Notes: generated by a model not told the origin, from the sequence alone. Shown: positions 11,701 through 22,025, numbered from the stretch's first letter. The stretch: 64,000 bases of DNA from Candidatus Cloacimonadales bacterium (GCA_963677495.2 CAXXOU010000004.1:1408001-1472000); one strand, 5' to 3'. Numbers and translations are program-made.

Positions 11701-12502
11701 TATGTACCGAAGATGAATTGTTATTGTATAGCAATGCACCGACTTCTTGATAATCAGAAATATTCGATATTGAATAACAATTAAATATCTCGGAGTTGTT
11801 AAAGGCAGAACCAACTATTCCACCATGCCCTAATAGAATCCCTGCAAATCCGGTTAACTCCCCGTTGTTGAAGCAATTGGACACAATAGACTCATCGCAA
11901 TATCCGGTTATACCACCAGTCTCAAAGAATCCACTTACAAGTGCAGATGAACTACATCTAGAAATTGTAGAAAAGTTTATGCATGAGCCAACAATACCAC
12001 CGGTTCTTTCATCCCCAACTATTGATCCACTTACGTGACAGTTCGAAATAGTTGATGAATTTGCCAAACCAGCTATTCCACCAGTATTCCCTGAAGTTGT
12101 CAGGCAATCTAAATCAACTTCAAGTGATACATTTTCAATTTCAGAACTGTTAATTACACCAAATAATCCATTTTGAAACTCTACAAGTCCAATAAACAAG
12201 TCTACAATTTGATGCATACCCCCATCATAGTAGCCATAAAATGGTGCGTTAAGACTCCCAATCGGGCTAAATCCTACTCCTCCATTCCAATTCTCAGTAT
12301 CAGATGCATCAATATCTGCTGTTTGTAGGAAATGAGCATTATCATCCCAAACATCAGGGGTTGTACTTAACCATAAAAGGTTATCAAGATTTGAGATTAA
12401 ATAAGGATCGGTTTCTGAACCACTACCTGTGGGTTGTACACCATCAGCAAAAATAGTTTGAATTGAAAATAGGATCACGATAATAAATATAATGTTCTTC
12501 AT
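8735..12502 (-). CDS. Large secreted GLUG-repeat/PKD protein with C-terminal FlgD-Ig (T9SS-like) domain
   Basis: Signal peptide; many GG(L/I)xG repeats; PKD motif FTDSSYGNPTSWEWDF; C-terminal YPNPFNPTTTISF...IYNIRGQ...GVYFYRL; start ATG 12502 after GGAGG. Confidence 0.88.
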   Translation of the reverse strand: MKNIIFIIVILFSIQTIFADGVQPTGSGSETDPYLISNLDNLLWLSTTPDVWDDNAHFLQTADIDASDTENWNGGVGFSPIGSLNAPFYGYYDGGMHQIVDLFIGLVEFQNGLFGVINSSEIENVSLEVDLDCLTTSGNTGGIAGLANSSTISNCHVSGSIVGDERTGGIVGSCINFSTISRCSSSALVSGFFETGGITGYCDESIVSNCFNNGELTGFAGILLGHGGIVGSAFNNSEIFNCYSISNISDYQEVGALLYNNNSSSVHNCVWNDSLYNGELYAVYTNTDGTIDNIINCTENEMRQESTYTSLGWDFVGESVNGSEEIWGIQENINDGFPFVYNQQLVSNFAVSNDVVDIEETLQFTDSSYGNPTSWEWDFESDGIIDSYEQNPIWTYDEFGVYDVTLTISNETGSDSLIKEDYVTVNHIINGSGTETDPYQISSYSDLKWISVSCENNNGFNDTYFLQTNDIDASASQTDVMGDYEWDLGFQAIGDYDNHFMGIYDGGGFVVDSLFVFDSAMFGYVHDAIISNLNVSNTFAHYAGLIVNSDNSEIINCHTSGRVDSDNPYEATGGIIGTASSTLVSNCTSICSVEAEGYIEQWVQIMNYGGGVIGRSINSEVIDCSFFGETIPSYALMGGVVGACISSTLSNCSSESEINGYGLVAHASNSTFSRCTFTGPLNCIVSHSFFGRDFELNSASNCYYDYETVIINSGHRVSEFALPSDLYYDWIANDMSIDEIYIDDYLTYNDSAYQLNSFDEIKYLIHFGSISSFCFSLNSDIDLQDQANFYIPKMISNINGNNYTISNYSLIKDENCGFFAQAQGCTIENLKFDNCELEGEDNTGVVCGSISNTTLDNIDLNNVSVEGDDSVGGLCGIATNSCLITDVEIFNVNVLSKNNAGGLVGFACDTAISNCYVNGHSGACYSEYWGYHDFYSLSDGLKAGGLIGFAQDSMISDSYFLGSSGARIQSGGLVGFLSNSSLTESYSLSIVSASESVGGLVGEANDDSVISNCYTSSSLGCIESYYVSSASNVGGLVGLLGNSFIEDCYSVTRFPDNVVDSSTGGFIGTSVNSSASNCIWNITLTELSNSIGNTDNTTNSIISLISSEMRDIQSYLNIGWDFLGETANGSEDIWTIDTSLNNGYPYLVALEQSVGIYEPEVQQPQLQTKLYSAYPNPFNPTTTISFDVAKDDVAELSIYNIRGQMVKRYKGFSEGKNTVVWEGLDRNNKQCATGVYFYRLKSNSYNVTKKMMLMK

Positions 12503-12840
12503 AGTTTCCTCCAAGACGTATAAAACACTATTAACTAATCACCTAACTTACATAACAATACTATTATCGTCATAGAATCTTCTCATGTCAAGAGATTTAT
12601 TATTTTCTAAACGCAAATGTTAAAAGCCTATCTATTTCATATACATATTACTTATTGAAGATGCTTGAATGCTCTCCATTTTTTCAGTGAAAAATATTGA
12701 AAAGAGATGTCAATACTTCAGCAGATATCCACTAAAGCCATCCGAGCGTCCCATCGACTTCGTTCATTTCGTTTCACTTCATTCAGCTCCGTTCAAGGTG
12801 ACATAAACAGTGCAATTTGCAATGACTTACAGCATTTCAG

Positions 12841-13180
12841 GGAGTTTGTCGGCCTGATAAGGCAACGGACTTCCTAAAATGCACTACGAAGTCCCTTTTC
12901 CCTGATTTCGTTCTCGCGTCACGCTATCGCTGCAACGCAAGTCCGGAAATGACATACACAGCGCCTTTTGCAATAACTTAGCTATATTTATTGCCCTTTT
13001 AACTCTCTTTTACTGCTCTATCCATCAACGCACTGTGTCTGCACTGTGCACGCACTGTGAAGGCACTGCCAACCCACTGTTTCACTGGGTGCACAGTGCG
13101 TGCACAGTGGGAAAACAGTGGGATAATTGCGTTTTGTCTAATGGATTGCATCAACTGCGTAGATGCAACTGCAAAATGAC
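12841..13180. repeat. Composite dispersed repeat block, including a ~175-bp unit with 11-bp-phased CACTG/CAGTG cores
   Basis: 12959-13132 nearly identical to 38791-38964; 12904-12954 matches 39344-39392; 13141-13180 matches 39247-39286; 12841-12879 matches 22462-22500 and 58714-58764. Confidence 0.85.
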
Positions 13181-13352
13181 AGTAGAAGGAACACTATTTG
13201 AAAATATTACATTAACTAAGTCCTAACAGACAAACTGACACATTCGATTAAATCCATATTGTTGCCGAACAAGTTCATGACCTTTTATCCTTGACTATAT
13301 AAATGAGTAATATAATACTTAAGTTGATATAAATTAATATATGGAGGATATA

Positions 13353-14675
13353 ATGAAAAGAGTCTTAATGTTACTAATTCTACTCGTTGGGATACTTCAT
13401 GCTACTGAACAGGTAGTTGTTTATAATGATAATTTGGCACTAATCAAGGATGAGATTACACTTGAAAATGTTAAAAAAGGGAAAGGCTACTATACATATG
13501 ATGATATAACATCACAGATAAAACCTGAGTCTGTTGTCTTAATCCCAAAATCAGCAGACATCTCAGTGCTTGAACAGAATTTTGAGTATGATCTTGGAAA
13601 CACTGAAACTATTTTACAAAAATATATGGGAAAAGAAATTAATATTGAGACAGTAAATGGAAACAAATTTGATGGAGAACTTCAATTCAATGATACGAGG
13701 ACTATTGGATTAAAGTCAGCTGATGGTTCCATTTCTCTTATTAGCATCAAAGATATACAAAATATTCAGCTGGTTAAGATGCCTGAAAATTTCTATTTAA
13801 AGCCAACATTAAGATGGGAAATAGATTCAAAGAAGAAACTTAATCTTAATGCTGACCTTAGTTATCTTACCGGTGGCTTAAACTGGGAAGCAATATATAA
13901 TATGGTTTGGAATGATGAAAATCTAACATTTCATTCCTGGATAAACATGGATAATCATAGTGGCAAATCTTTTGATAACATCAAACTAAAACTCATTGCA
14001 GGAAATATAAACAGAATTCGAAGCAAATTTAAAAGAAAACGTAGAAGTTATGATCTTAGCGTAGCGGGAATAGCCAGTGCACCAACTACACAACAGGCAT
14101 TCCACGATTTCCATATGTACACAGTTAGTCATCCTGTTTCTATTAATGATAAGCAAACAAAGCAGATAAGATTGTATGACACGAAAATTGCAAAAGCAGA
14201 TCGACTTTATAAATACAATACTTTCAACGACGAAGTTGAAGGTTATATTAAGTTTAGGAATAATGAAGAATCAGGAATGGGTATTCCCCTGCCAGCCGGT
14301 AAAGTAATGGTTTATAGAGCTGATCAAACTGATAATGAAATGGCACTGATCGGTGAATCATTATTGAATCATACTTCAAAGAAGGAGGTAGTCGAGATTA
14401 AAACCGGAACTGCTTTCGATATTAAAGGTGAAACAGTTGTTGTTGAACAAAGGAATCATGGTAAAGGTAAATATACAAGAAAAATAGAGATTACTTTGAA
14501 GAATAGAAGTGATAAGAAAGCGAGGATTAGAGTTATCCATAGGTTTGATAACGGTACAAAATTGATAAAATCGACTCCTAAGCTCAAAGTTGAAAAGGCC
14601 GGAAAAGCTGCGTGCTATGTTGATATTGATGCTGATTCCGTAATAAAGATTTCTATTACTGAAAAGAAAGATTAA
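13353..14675 (+). CDS. DUF4139-like secreted protein
   Basis: Signal peptide; VYNDNLALIKD, EQNFEYDL, SYLTGGLNWEAIY, GIPLPAG; RBS GGAGG. Confidence 0.82.
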   Translation: MKRVLMLLILLVGILHATEQVVVYNDNLALIKDEITLENVKKGKGYYTYDDITSQIKPESVVLIPKSADISVLEQNFEYDLGNTETILQKYMGKEINIETVNGNKFDGELQFNDTRTIGLKSADGSISLISIKDIQNIQLVKMPENFYLKPTLRWEIDSKKKLNLNADLSYLTGGLNWEAIYNMVWNDENLTFHSWINMDNHSGKSFDNIKLKLIAGNINRIRSKFKRKRRSYDLSVAGIASAPTTQQAFHDFHMYTVSHPVSINDKQTKQIRLYDTKIAKADRLYKYNTFNDEVEGYIKFRNNEESGMGIPLPAGKVMVYRADQTDNEMALIGESLLNHTSKKEVVEIKTGTAFDIKGETVVVEQRNHGKGKYTRKIEITLKNRSDKKARIRVIHRFDNGTKLIKSTPKLKVEKAGKAACYVDIDADSVIKISITEKKD

Positions 14676-14692
14676 ATTACTCCTTATACAAT

Positions 14693-14724
14693 GAGCCCCT
14701 GTTCTACTGGATAGGGGCTTTTTG
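14693..14724 (+). terminator. Rho-independent terminator
   Basis: agcccct...aggggct followed by tttt. Confidence 0.65.
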
Positions 14725-14911
14725 CTTAACAAAGCATACTTGAAATGTTGCCAAACCCAAAGAAAGTCATCTTCCAATATTACCAATAATAAATATTATT
14801 CATAGAATATTTTCAAGTATAGCGTGTTTATTTATTGCTTGACAACGCTTTATGACTTCCATTATTTTGAATGATGAATTAGTCTCAGAAAGTATATGGA
14901 GGTAAATATAT

Positions 14912-16168
14912 ATGAAACGGCTACTGTTTATACTGGCTATAGCATTATTGTTAGTAGCCTGTCAGAACGATACAACAAACTCTAATAATGGAGATTTCAC
15001 TCCCAAGGAATTTGTTGCACTTGATGTAGATCCTGACTTTAATTGGAGTAATACAAGATATCTTACACTTGAAGTTCAGGGTGATGCCACACTTTTAGAA
15101 GGTAGAAAAGTTACTCTCGAGAATTTAACTCATAAAGTATCAAGTGCATTTATATATGATGGCACACATACTTTTACTGTTGAAATCCCAAGTGAGCTTA
15201 TAGCGTTAAATGTTGTTTGTGATGAGTTGGGCTTCAGTCAAACAATCTCAACTTCTGAGCAGAATCAGATTGTTACGATCTCAGGTACCCCACAAAATAA
15301 AGGACCTAAAGTTGATTCTGATGGAGATGGAGTTGATGATTTAATTGATGATTTCCCTAATGATCCCGATAAAGCAGTACTTATCAGAGTTCCTGCTGTA
15401 GATGAAGATTACTGGGTATTTGAAGACTTGTGGCCTGATAAAGGTGATTATGACTTCAATGACTTGGTTATCCGTGAGTATGTTGAGCTACATATGAGTG
15501 CGACTAATATGTATGTTGGGGGAAGAGCAAAACTATGGCTCAACGCCATTGGAGCGAACTTCCATAACAGTATATTCTTGCACTTCATGGAGGCAAGCCT
15601 TGTGGGTGGAGAGTTGGTCTTCAATGAGCTTGCTGACCCTGATTTTGTTAAAAGTATTGAAACTTATCTGCCAAATATAAGGATTGATGAATACACTCCC
15701 AATACTATCGGTGCCTGGTATGATATTGAGTGGGAGCATTTTGGTTACCAGAACAATGGTTATGGTCCTCAAGACCACCCACATTCAAGAGAGTTTAACT
15801 TCACATTTGACGAGACAGGCATCCAGCCATCTAATCTGACTTTTGAATGGTACTTATCAATTGGAAATGAAAGAGAAAAAGAGTTGCATCATCCTATGTT
15901 TGCACCTACTGCAATAATGAACACATCCTATTTTAATACTGGAGATGATGCTACTAATATTGCAACTGGTTTCTACTACAAAACTGCTCTAAATCATCCT
16001 TGGGTTGTTCGAGTTTACGGAGATTTCAAGAATCCGAAGGAGTTTGTACAGATAACTGAAGCCTATCCTCACTTCCAAGACTGGGCTGAATCAAATGGCA
16101 GTCTACATCCGGATTGGTATAATACTTACGATCAAGATAAAGTATTCGACGAGTATTCGGCGAAATAA
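14912..16168 (+). CDS. LruC-domain (DUF4842-like) lipoprotein
   Basis: Lipobox LVAC; DSDGDGVDD..DDFPNDP; FEDLWPDKGDYDFNDLV; ITEAYPHFQDWAESNG. Confidence 0.85.
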   Translation: MKRLLFILAIALLLVACQNDTTNSNNGDFTPKEFVALDVDPDFNWSNTRYLTLEVQGDATLLEGRKVTLENLTHKVSSAFIYDGTHTFTVEIPSELIALNVVCDELGFSQTISTSEQNQIVTISGTPQNKGPKVDSDGDGVDDLIDDFPNDPDKAVLIRVPAVDEDYWVFEDLWPDKGDYDFNDLVIREYVELHMSATNMYVGGRAKLWLNAIGANFHNSIFLHFMEASLVGGELVFNELADPDFVKSIETYLPNIRIDEYTPNTIGAWYDIEWEHFGYQNNGYGPQDHPHSREFNFTFDETGIQPSNLTFEWYLSIGNEREKELHHPMFAPTAIMNTSYFNTGDDATNIATGFYYKTALNHPWVVRVYGDFKNPKEFVQITEAYPHFQDWAESNGSLHPDWYNTYDQDKVFDEYSAK

Positions 16169-16194
16169 GTCCTTTTAGCTACAGACATAAATGA

Positions 16195-16222
16195 GAAGCA
16201 CCCTGAAAAAGGGTGCTTTTCT
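16195..16222 (+). terminator. Rho-independent terminator
   Basis: aagcaccct-gaaaa-agggtgctttt. Confidence 0.8.
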
Positions 16223-16333
16223 TGTTTACAGGAAATTAAAAAATTATTTATTGCTATAACTAATATGAAGGGTTTTATGATAATTGATGTCAGCAATCAT
16301 AAATAGATTATAATGTTTAGAGTGAGGTACAAA

Positions 16334-17668
16334 ATGCAAAAGATTTTATCATTAACTATAGTATTACTACTCATTATTTTGAGTATTAATGCTGAAACGA
16401 TTTCTTTGAATAAAGCTAAAGAGATCGCTCTTAAAAGTAATCCGGGATTAAGTGCACAGAAAGAGAGTTTAAAATCCTCCGAATGGAACTATAATAACTC
16501 GATTATCTCTCTTTTTCCATCAGGATCACTCAGTGCCAGTTATAGGCAAAGTGACCAAGAGTTCTCCAGCTTTGGGTCAACATACTCTGAAAGTGGCTCT
16601 TATGGCGTAAATCTTAGTCAGCCTCTGTTTATGGGTGGTAAACTCATCAATGCTGCATTGATTGCGAAAACAAGCAGGGATATCAGCAAAATAACTTTAA
16701 CCGATAAGGAACTTGAGATTCTGAATACAACTGAAACCAAGTATTTCTCATTAATAGAAGCAATGAATCTCTTAGAGATTGCTACTGATCAATTAACGAT
16801 TGCAGACCAAAGAGTGCAAGATTCCCAAACAAGATTTGCACAAGGCACTATTTCTAAAGCTGAACTCTTACAAGTTCAGGCTGATGCAGCAGATAAGAAG
16901 GTGAGTCTAATACAGGCACAGCTATCATATGATGTAAGTTATAAGGACCTAAAAAACTACTTGCTACTCTCTGATGATTTCGAAATTGATGTTGAGATTG
17001 ATGATAGCTTTGAAAGTGAAATAAGCGAGCTGAATATGATCGATTCGGTTAATATGGATACTTTAGTTGATAGGATTGTCACCTTCAGTAATTCAAATAG
17101 CAACACAATGAAGATGTTGGAGCTTTCAACTAGTATCTCAAAGACGAATGTTAATATGGCAGTTGGTAATTTTATGCCAACACTAAATCTTAGCTATTCA
17201 TATACTAATTCCGGGGATGCTCGCGAAGACTGGAGTGAATATCCTTGGTCATCAACACTGTCTGTGTCTGCATCTCTTCCAATATTCCCATTGGTTGATT
17301 CCTACTCAGATGTCCAAAAAGCGAAAGCAGATTACAGAAAAGCTGAATATGACTTCATTGATAGCAAAAACGGGAATGCTCTTGGAGTAGAATCTTCTCT
17401 TTTAAGTCTACTAAGCTCAGCGAGAAAGTATGAAGCATCAAAGCTTAGTCTTGAGTATTCAGAAGAAACTTTCAAGCAGATGCAAGCAAGATATAATAAT
17501 GGTCTCTTATCAAGTACAGATCTACTTGATGCTGAGGTTATGTATAAAAGTTCAAGAATGAATGCTGTAAGCAGTAAGTTCGATTATTTAAAAGCAAAAT
17601 CAACATTAAAAAAGCAACTTGGATTATCTGATGACAGCAGATTAATCTCAATGATTTTAGAAAAGTAG
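16334..17668 (+). CDS. TolC family outer membrane efflux protein
   Basis: Signal peptide; two OEP repeats (LSQPLFMGG; SLPIFP); first gene of a TolC-MFP-RND operon. Confidence 0.9.
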   Translation: MQKILSLTIVLLLIILSINAETISLNKAKEIALKSNPGLSAQKESLKSSEWNYNNSIISLFPSGSLSASYRQSDQEFSSFGSTYSESGSYGVNLSQPLFMGGKLINAALIAKTSRDISKITLTDKELEILNTTETKYFSLIEAMNLLEIATDQLTIADQRVQDSQTRFAQGTISKAELLQVQADAADKKVSLIQAQLSYDVSYKDLKNYLLLSDDFEIDVEIDDSFESEISELNMIDSVNMDTLVDRIVTFSNSNSNTMKMLELSTSISKTNVNMAVGNFMPTLNLSYSYTNSGDAREDWSEYPWSSTLSVSASLPIFPLVDSYSDVQKAKADYRKAEYDFIDSKNGNALGVESSLLSLLSSARKYEASKLSLEYSEETFKQMQARYNNGLLSSTDLLDAEVMYKSSRMNAVSSKFDYLKAKSTLKKQLGLSDDSRLISMILEK

Positions 17669-17676
17669 AGGTAAGT

Positions 17677-18765
17677 ATGAAAAGAATATTGAGTTTAGGA
17701 ATAGTACTCATTCTTCTCGTTGGTTGCGGTAAACCGGGAGGACGTAGTCGTGGTGGCAACATGCAAGGGAAACAGGATACTGTTTTGAAATCACCGGTAC
17801 TTGTAAATGAAGTAAAGAAGCAAGATTTAAAAGAATATGTTACTGTTAGTGGAACGCTTTCAGGTATTATCGATGTTACAATGATGAGTGAGACATCAGG
17901 TACAATTTTAGAAATATACAAATCATTAGGCGATTATGTTGAGAAGGGTGAAGAGATAGCTCTTCTTGATAATGACCATATAAGGATTCAATATGAGCAA
18001 GCACAAGCAAGTTTCTTAGCTTCTGAAGCATCTCTTGCAACTGCAAACGCTTCATTTAACTCCTCAGAGCAACTCTTCAAAGATGGTTCTATTTCAAAAA
18101 TGGAGTATGATAATGCAGTTGCTTCTCTCAAACAAGCACAAGCAGGTTTAGCTGGTGCAGAAGCTAATCTTGAAGCATCAAAACTTAGTTTTGAGAAGTC
18201 TAGATTAACAGCACCTGTATCAGGATATATTGCTTCAACTGAGTTAGAGATTGGAAACAATGTAACTCAAGGCACAAAGCTACTGACCATCGTAGATTAT
18301 ACTAAGTTAAAGCTAAAAACAGGTGTAAATGAGTCTGAACTGTTTTCTATCAAGAAAGGACAAGCAGTTACTGTTAAATCAGAACTCGCAAATCAGATGC
18401 TTAAAGGAAAGATTACCGGCATTGGTATGAAACCATTAACCAATAGCTCAACATACCCCATCGAGATTGAAGCAAACAACCCTAAAGGTAATTTTGCTCC
18501 CGGTATGGTGGTTGTAGGTGAGATTCTTTCAAAGACATACAGAAAACAGATCTATACTTCATTAAATCACATTCTTGATGATTATGGTAAGAAGTTTGTT
18601 TATGTGATAAACTCAGAAGATAAAGCTGAGAAACGCATTGTTGAACTTGGAAGTATAATTGATGAGTACGTAATCATTAAGTCAGGTCTTGCTGAAGGTG
18701 ACAGACTTGTAACAGAGGGTATGGAGATGCTTAATGAAGGTGCTCCAGTAGAGATTAAAGGATAA
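17677..18765 (+). CDS. RND efflux periplasmic adaptor (membrane fusion lipoprotein)
   Basis: Lipobox LVGC; lipoyl half motifs GDYVEKGE and APVSGYI; GLAEGDRLVTEG. Confidence 0.92.
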   Translation: MKRILSLGIVLILLVGCGKPGGRSRGGNMQGKQDTVLKSPVLVNEVKKQDLKEYVTVSGTLSGIIDVTMMSETSGTILEIYKSLGDYVEKGEEIALLDNDHIRIQYEQAQASFLASEASLATANASFNSSEQLFKDGSISKMEYDNAVASLKQAQAGLAGAEANLEASKLSFEKSRLTAPVSGYIASTELEIGNNVTQGTKLLTIVDYTKLKLKTGVNESELFSIKKGQAVTVKSELANQMLKGKITGIGMKPLTNSSTYPIEIEANNPKGNFAPGMVVVGEILSKTYRKQIYTSLNHILDDYGKKFVYVINSEDKAEKRIVELGSIIDEYVIIKSGLAEGDRLVTEGMEMLNEGAPVEIKG

Positions 18766-18771
18766 AAACAT

Positions 18772-21700
18772 ATGTCAATTGCAAAATTCTCAGTACGTAA
18801 CTCAGTGCTGATTAATATGATAATGATCATGGTTTTCATTGCAGGTATCTATGCAATGATACAACTCCCTAAGGAGGAGATGCCACAAGTTGAGTTTGGC
18901 ATGGTCGTTATCTCTGTTGCTTATCCGGGGGTCTCTCCTGCTGAAATTGAGCAGATGATTGTCACTAAGATTGAGGATGAGATTTCTGATATAGATGATA
19001 TAGATTACATCGAGTCTACTGCCTCTGAAGGATATGCTCTGGTTCGTATTAGCTTCGAGGCTGACGCTGATATGGATGAAGCATGGACAGATGTGAACAC
19101 TGAAATGGATAAAGTAAACGATCTACCTGAAGATGCTATGGACCCGGTTCTTATGCGCATCAATATGAAGGAAGTGAATGAGATCTGTTCAATTGTTGTG
19201 AGTGGAGACTTTCACCCAAACACAATGCGAGACATCGCTGATACAATGGAACAAGGTCTAACCAACATAAAGAACGTATCTAAGGTTGAAACCAGTGGTA
19301 CAAGGGAACGAGAAATCTGGATAGAGGGCGACATCGAGAAGCTGAATGCTTATGGTCTTTCCCTAGACAATATCAGCCAAACAGTAGGGGCAAGAAACCT
19401 CAATGTTCCCGGTGGTTCTGTTCAGTTCGGTTCTGCAGAGTTTATTATCCGTTCAATGGGTGAGTTCACTGATGTTAACCAGATTAAAGAGCTGCCTGTT
19501 ATGATGGATAGCTCCGGTAGAGCTGTAAGAATCAAAGATGTAGCCACTGTTGTAGATACATTAGAAGAGTCTTCAGTTATCTCTAAACAGGATGGTGCAA
19601 ACAGTATTACTATTGAAGTGTACAAGAAAGCTCAAGGTAACATCGTAACTGTTATGGAGAACGTGAGAGAGTATTGTGCTGATTTCGAACAGACTGTTCC
19701 AAACCTTAAAGTCACTGTTCGTGATGATGGTTCAATTGCTGTTAACAGTGCTTTACGCTCATTAGGTTCAAATGCAATGATTGGTATTATCCTTGTGTTT
19801 GTTATCCTAACTATCTTCCTCGGCTGGAGAAATGCCTTATTTGCTGCTTGGGGAATCCCATTCAGTTTCTTCCTCACATTTGTAATGATGTTCTACTTCG
19901 GTGTAACTATGAACAACCTATCACTCTTTGCTCTAGTACTGGTACTGGGTATGATTGTGGACGATGCTATCGTTGTTATCGAGAACTTCCATCGTTACAT
20001 GGAGATGGGTTACTCACGGAAAGAAGCCGCTATTCAGGGTACTGAAGAGATTATGTGGCCTGTCATAGCTGCTGTCCTCACAACAATTACTTCCTTCTCC
20101 CCTATCCTTATGATGGAAGGAATCATGGGACAGTTTATGAGTGTATTCCCACTCGTCGTAATGTTTGCATTAATGGCTTCACTCTTTGAATCATTAATAA
20201 TACTTCCATCCCATTTGGCAGAGTTAAGCCCAAAAACTTTAAGTAAAAAGAAAAAGGACAGTTTACACGATAAACTCGTTAAAAGATATAGATGCACTGT
20301 AACAAGAGTGCTTAAACACAGATTCTTAACTATCTTTGTTGTAGTATTTTTGTTAATACTATCAGCTCTCGCTCTTATGTTCAGAATGGTTAAGTTTGAG
20401 TTCTTCCCACGTAGAAACTCTGATACTCTTGTCTTGAAACTTGAGACTCCGGTTGGAACAAGTCTTGAGCAGACAAACGTAGTTGTTTCTGAAGTAGAGC
20501 AGTTTGTTGCAAGCATGGCTGAAGCATCAGATATAGAAGCAGTTATCTCCCAAATCGGACTCATTAAAGGTCGAGGTACACGTTCTACATCTTCTAATAA
20601 TGCCGAAGTAAAGCTTGATATGATTGATATTGAAGAACGTAACTTCGATGACAATGTTATTAAGAATAAGCTACGTAAGTATATGAAAGACCTGCCGGGA
20701 CTCTACTCCTTTAAGTTCGATCAAGAGAGTAAAGGTCCACCAACAGGTAATGATGTTGAGATTCGCATTACCGGTGAGAGCTTAGAAAGACTTGAATATA
20801 TCGGTGAATATATCAAGAATCAATTAGCACAAATACCGGGTGTAGATGATATAGATGATAGTTTTGCTCCCGGTAAGCAAGAGATTCAAATCTTACCATA
20901 CCAGGATAGACTCTCTTATTATGGTCTTACAGCAGCTTCTATCTCATCTGCAGTACGCGGTGCTTCAAATGGTTCTACTATCTCCATTTATCGTGGGGAC
21001 GGTACAGAAGAGTTCGATATTGTACTGAAAGCGAAAGAGTATCAGATTGATGACCTCAATGAACTTAAGAATATGAAGATACGCTCATCTAAAGGAGCTC
21101 TTATACCACTGAAAGATGTAGCTGAGTTCAAAGTAGAAAGCGGACTTAACCAGATTCAGCACTATGATACAGACAGATATATTACTATCACAGCTGCTGT
21201 TGGCACTTATATCGATGATAATGGTAATGCTCAAAGTCGTACAACCGATGAAGTACAAAAGATACTTGAAGGTGATAAGATTCGTGGTACTAAAGGTCTT
21301 TTAACAGACTTTAACAACAAGTTCCCGGGTTATTATCTCACCTATGGTGGTGTGAACAAGATGATGAGACAGTCATATAGTTCACTTTATCTAGCTTTCA
21401 TGATTGCTATCCTCGGAGTTTATACTATTCTCGCAACACAGTTTAAATCATATATTCAACCTCTCATCGTGATGGCAACTATCCCGTTTGCCTTTATCGG
21501 TGTAGTTCTTGGCTTGATCCTGACCGGTTTGCCATTCTCATTGAATACTCTGATTGCTGTGGTTGCACTAGTTGGAGTTGTTGTTAATGACTCACTCGTG
21601 CTTGTTGATTTCGTGAATAGAGAACGTGAACAAGGTGTTGATAGATGGAATTCTCTTATTAATGCAGGTGCACTTCGACTCAGACCAATTATTCTTACAA

Positions 21701-21972
21701 CAGTTACAACAGTTGGTGGTATGCTACCTATGATTTTCTCATCAGCAGAATCATCAGCTGACTACAAATCAATGGCTGTAAGTATAGTTTTTGGACTTAG
21801 TTTCGCAACCCTGCTCACACTGTTTGTTATTCCTACTATCTACTCAATTGTAGACTCCATCTCAGGAAGATTACATGCGAGTCGTTTTGGTTCACACATC
21901 AGTTTTAAAGATGCTGTAATCAATACTGATAAAGGTATTGAAAACATAGATAATTGTAAAACAGGTAAATAG
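18772..21972 (+). CDS. RND efflux permease (AcrB/AcrD/AcrF family)
   Basis: GMIVDDAIVVIEN, GVVVNDSLVLVD, RLRPIILTT; 1066 aa. Confidence 0.95.
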   Translation: MSIAKFSVRNSVLINMIMIMVFIAGIYAMIQLPKEEMPQVEFGMVVISVAYPGVSPAEIEQMIVTKIEDEISDIDDIDYIESTASEGYALVRISFEADADMDEAWTDVNTEMDKVNDLPEDAMDPVLMRINMKEVNEICSIVVSGDFHPNTMRDIADTMEQGLTNIKNVSKVETSGTREREIWIEGDIEKLNAYGLSLDNISQTVGARNLNVPGGSVQFGSAEFIIRSMGEFTDVNQIKELPVMMDSSGRAVRIKDVATVVDTLEESSVISKQDGANSITIEVYKKAQGNIVTVMENVREYCADFEQTVPNLKVTVRDDGSIAVNSALRSLGSNAMIGIILVFVILTIFLGWRNALFAAWGIPFSFFLTFVMMFYFGVTMNNLSLFALVLVLGMIVDDAIVVIENFHRYMEMGYSRKEAAIQGTEEIMWPVIAAVLTTITSFSPILMMEGIMGQFMSVFPLVVMFALMASLFESLIILPSHLAELSPKTLSKKKKDSLHDKLVKRYRCTVTRVLKHRFLTIFVVVFLLILSALALMFRMVKFEFFPRRNSDTLVLKLETPVGTSLEQTNVVVSEVEQFVASMAEASDIEAVISQIGLIKGRGTRSTSSNNAEVKLDMIDIEERNFDDNVIKNKLRKYMKDLPGLYSFKFDQESKGPPTGNDVEIRITGESLERLEYIGEYIKNQLAQIPGVDDIDDSFAPGKQEIQILPYQDRLSYYGLTAASISSAVRGASNGSTISIYRGDGTEEFDIVLKAKEYQIDDLNELKNMKIRSSKGALIPLKDVAEFKVESGLNQIQHYDTDRYITITAAVGTYIDDNGNAQSRTTDEVQKILEGDKIRGTKGLLTDFNNKFPGYYLTYGGVNKMMRQSYSSLYLAFMIAILGVYTILATQFKSYIQPLIVMATIPFAFIGVVLGLILTGLPFSLNTLIAVVALVGVVVNDSLVLVDFVNREREQGVDRWNSLINAGALRLRPIILTTVTTVGGMLPMIFSSAESSADYKSMAVSIVFGLSFATLLTLFVIPTIYSIVDSISGRLHASRFGSHISFKDAVINTDKGIENIDNCKTGK

Positions 21973-21991
21973 TTTTACCTAAACTCAAAAC

Positions 21992-22025
21992 AAAAGGCTA
22001 CCATGCTTCGGCTGGTAGTCTTTTT
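21992..22025 (+). terminator. Terminator of the RND operon
   Basis: aaaaggctacca...tggtagtcttttt. Confidence 0.75.

Noticed and set aside
13035..13226. Similar Cys/His-rich ORFs at 13035 and 38768 (SALCTHCEGTANPLFH)
   Set aside because: They lie in the duplicated 11-bp-phased element; a period of 11 does not fit codon structure and the ORFs diverge outside the repeat
20034..20654. Long antisense ORFs (20034-20654, 33480-33902, 48810-49265, 52192-52701)
   Set aside because: Shadows of well-supported genes on the opposite strand, with no motifs or RBS
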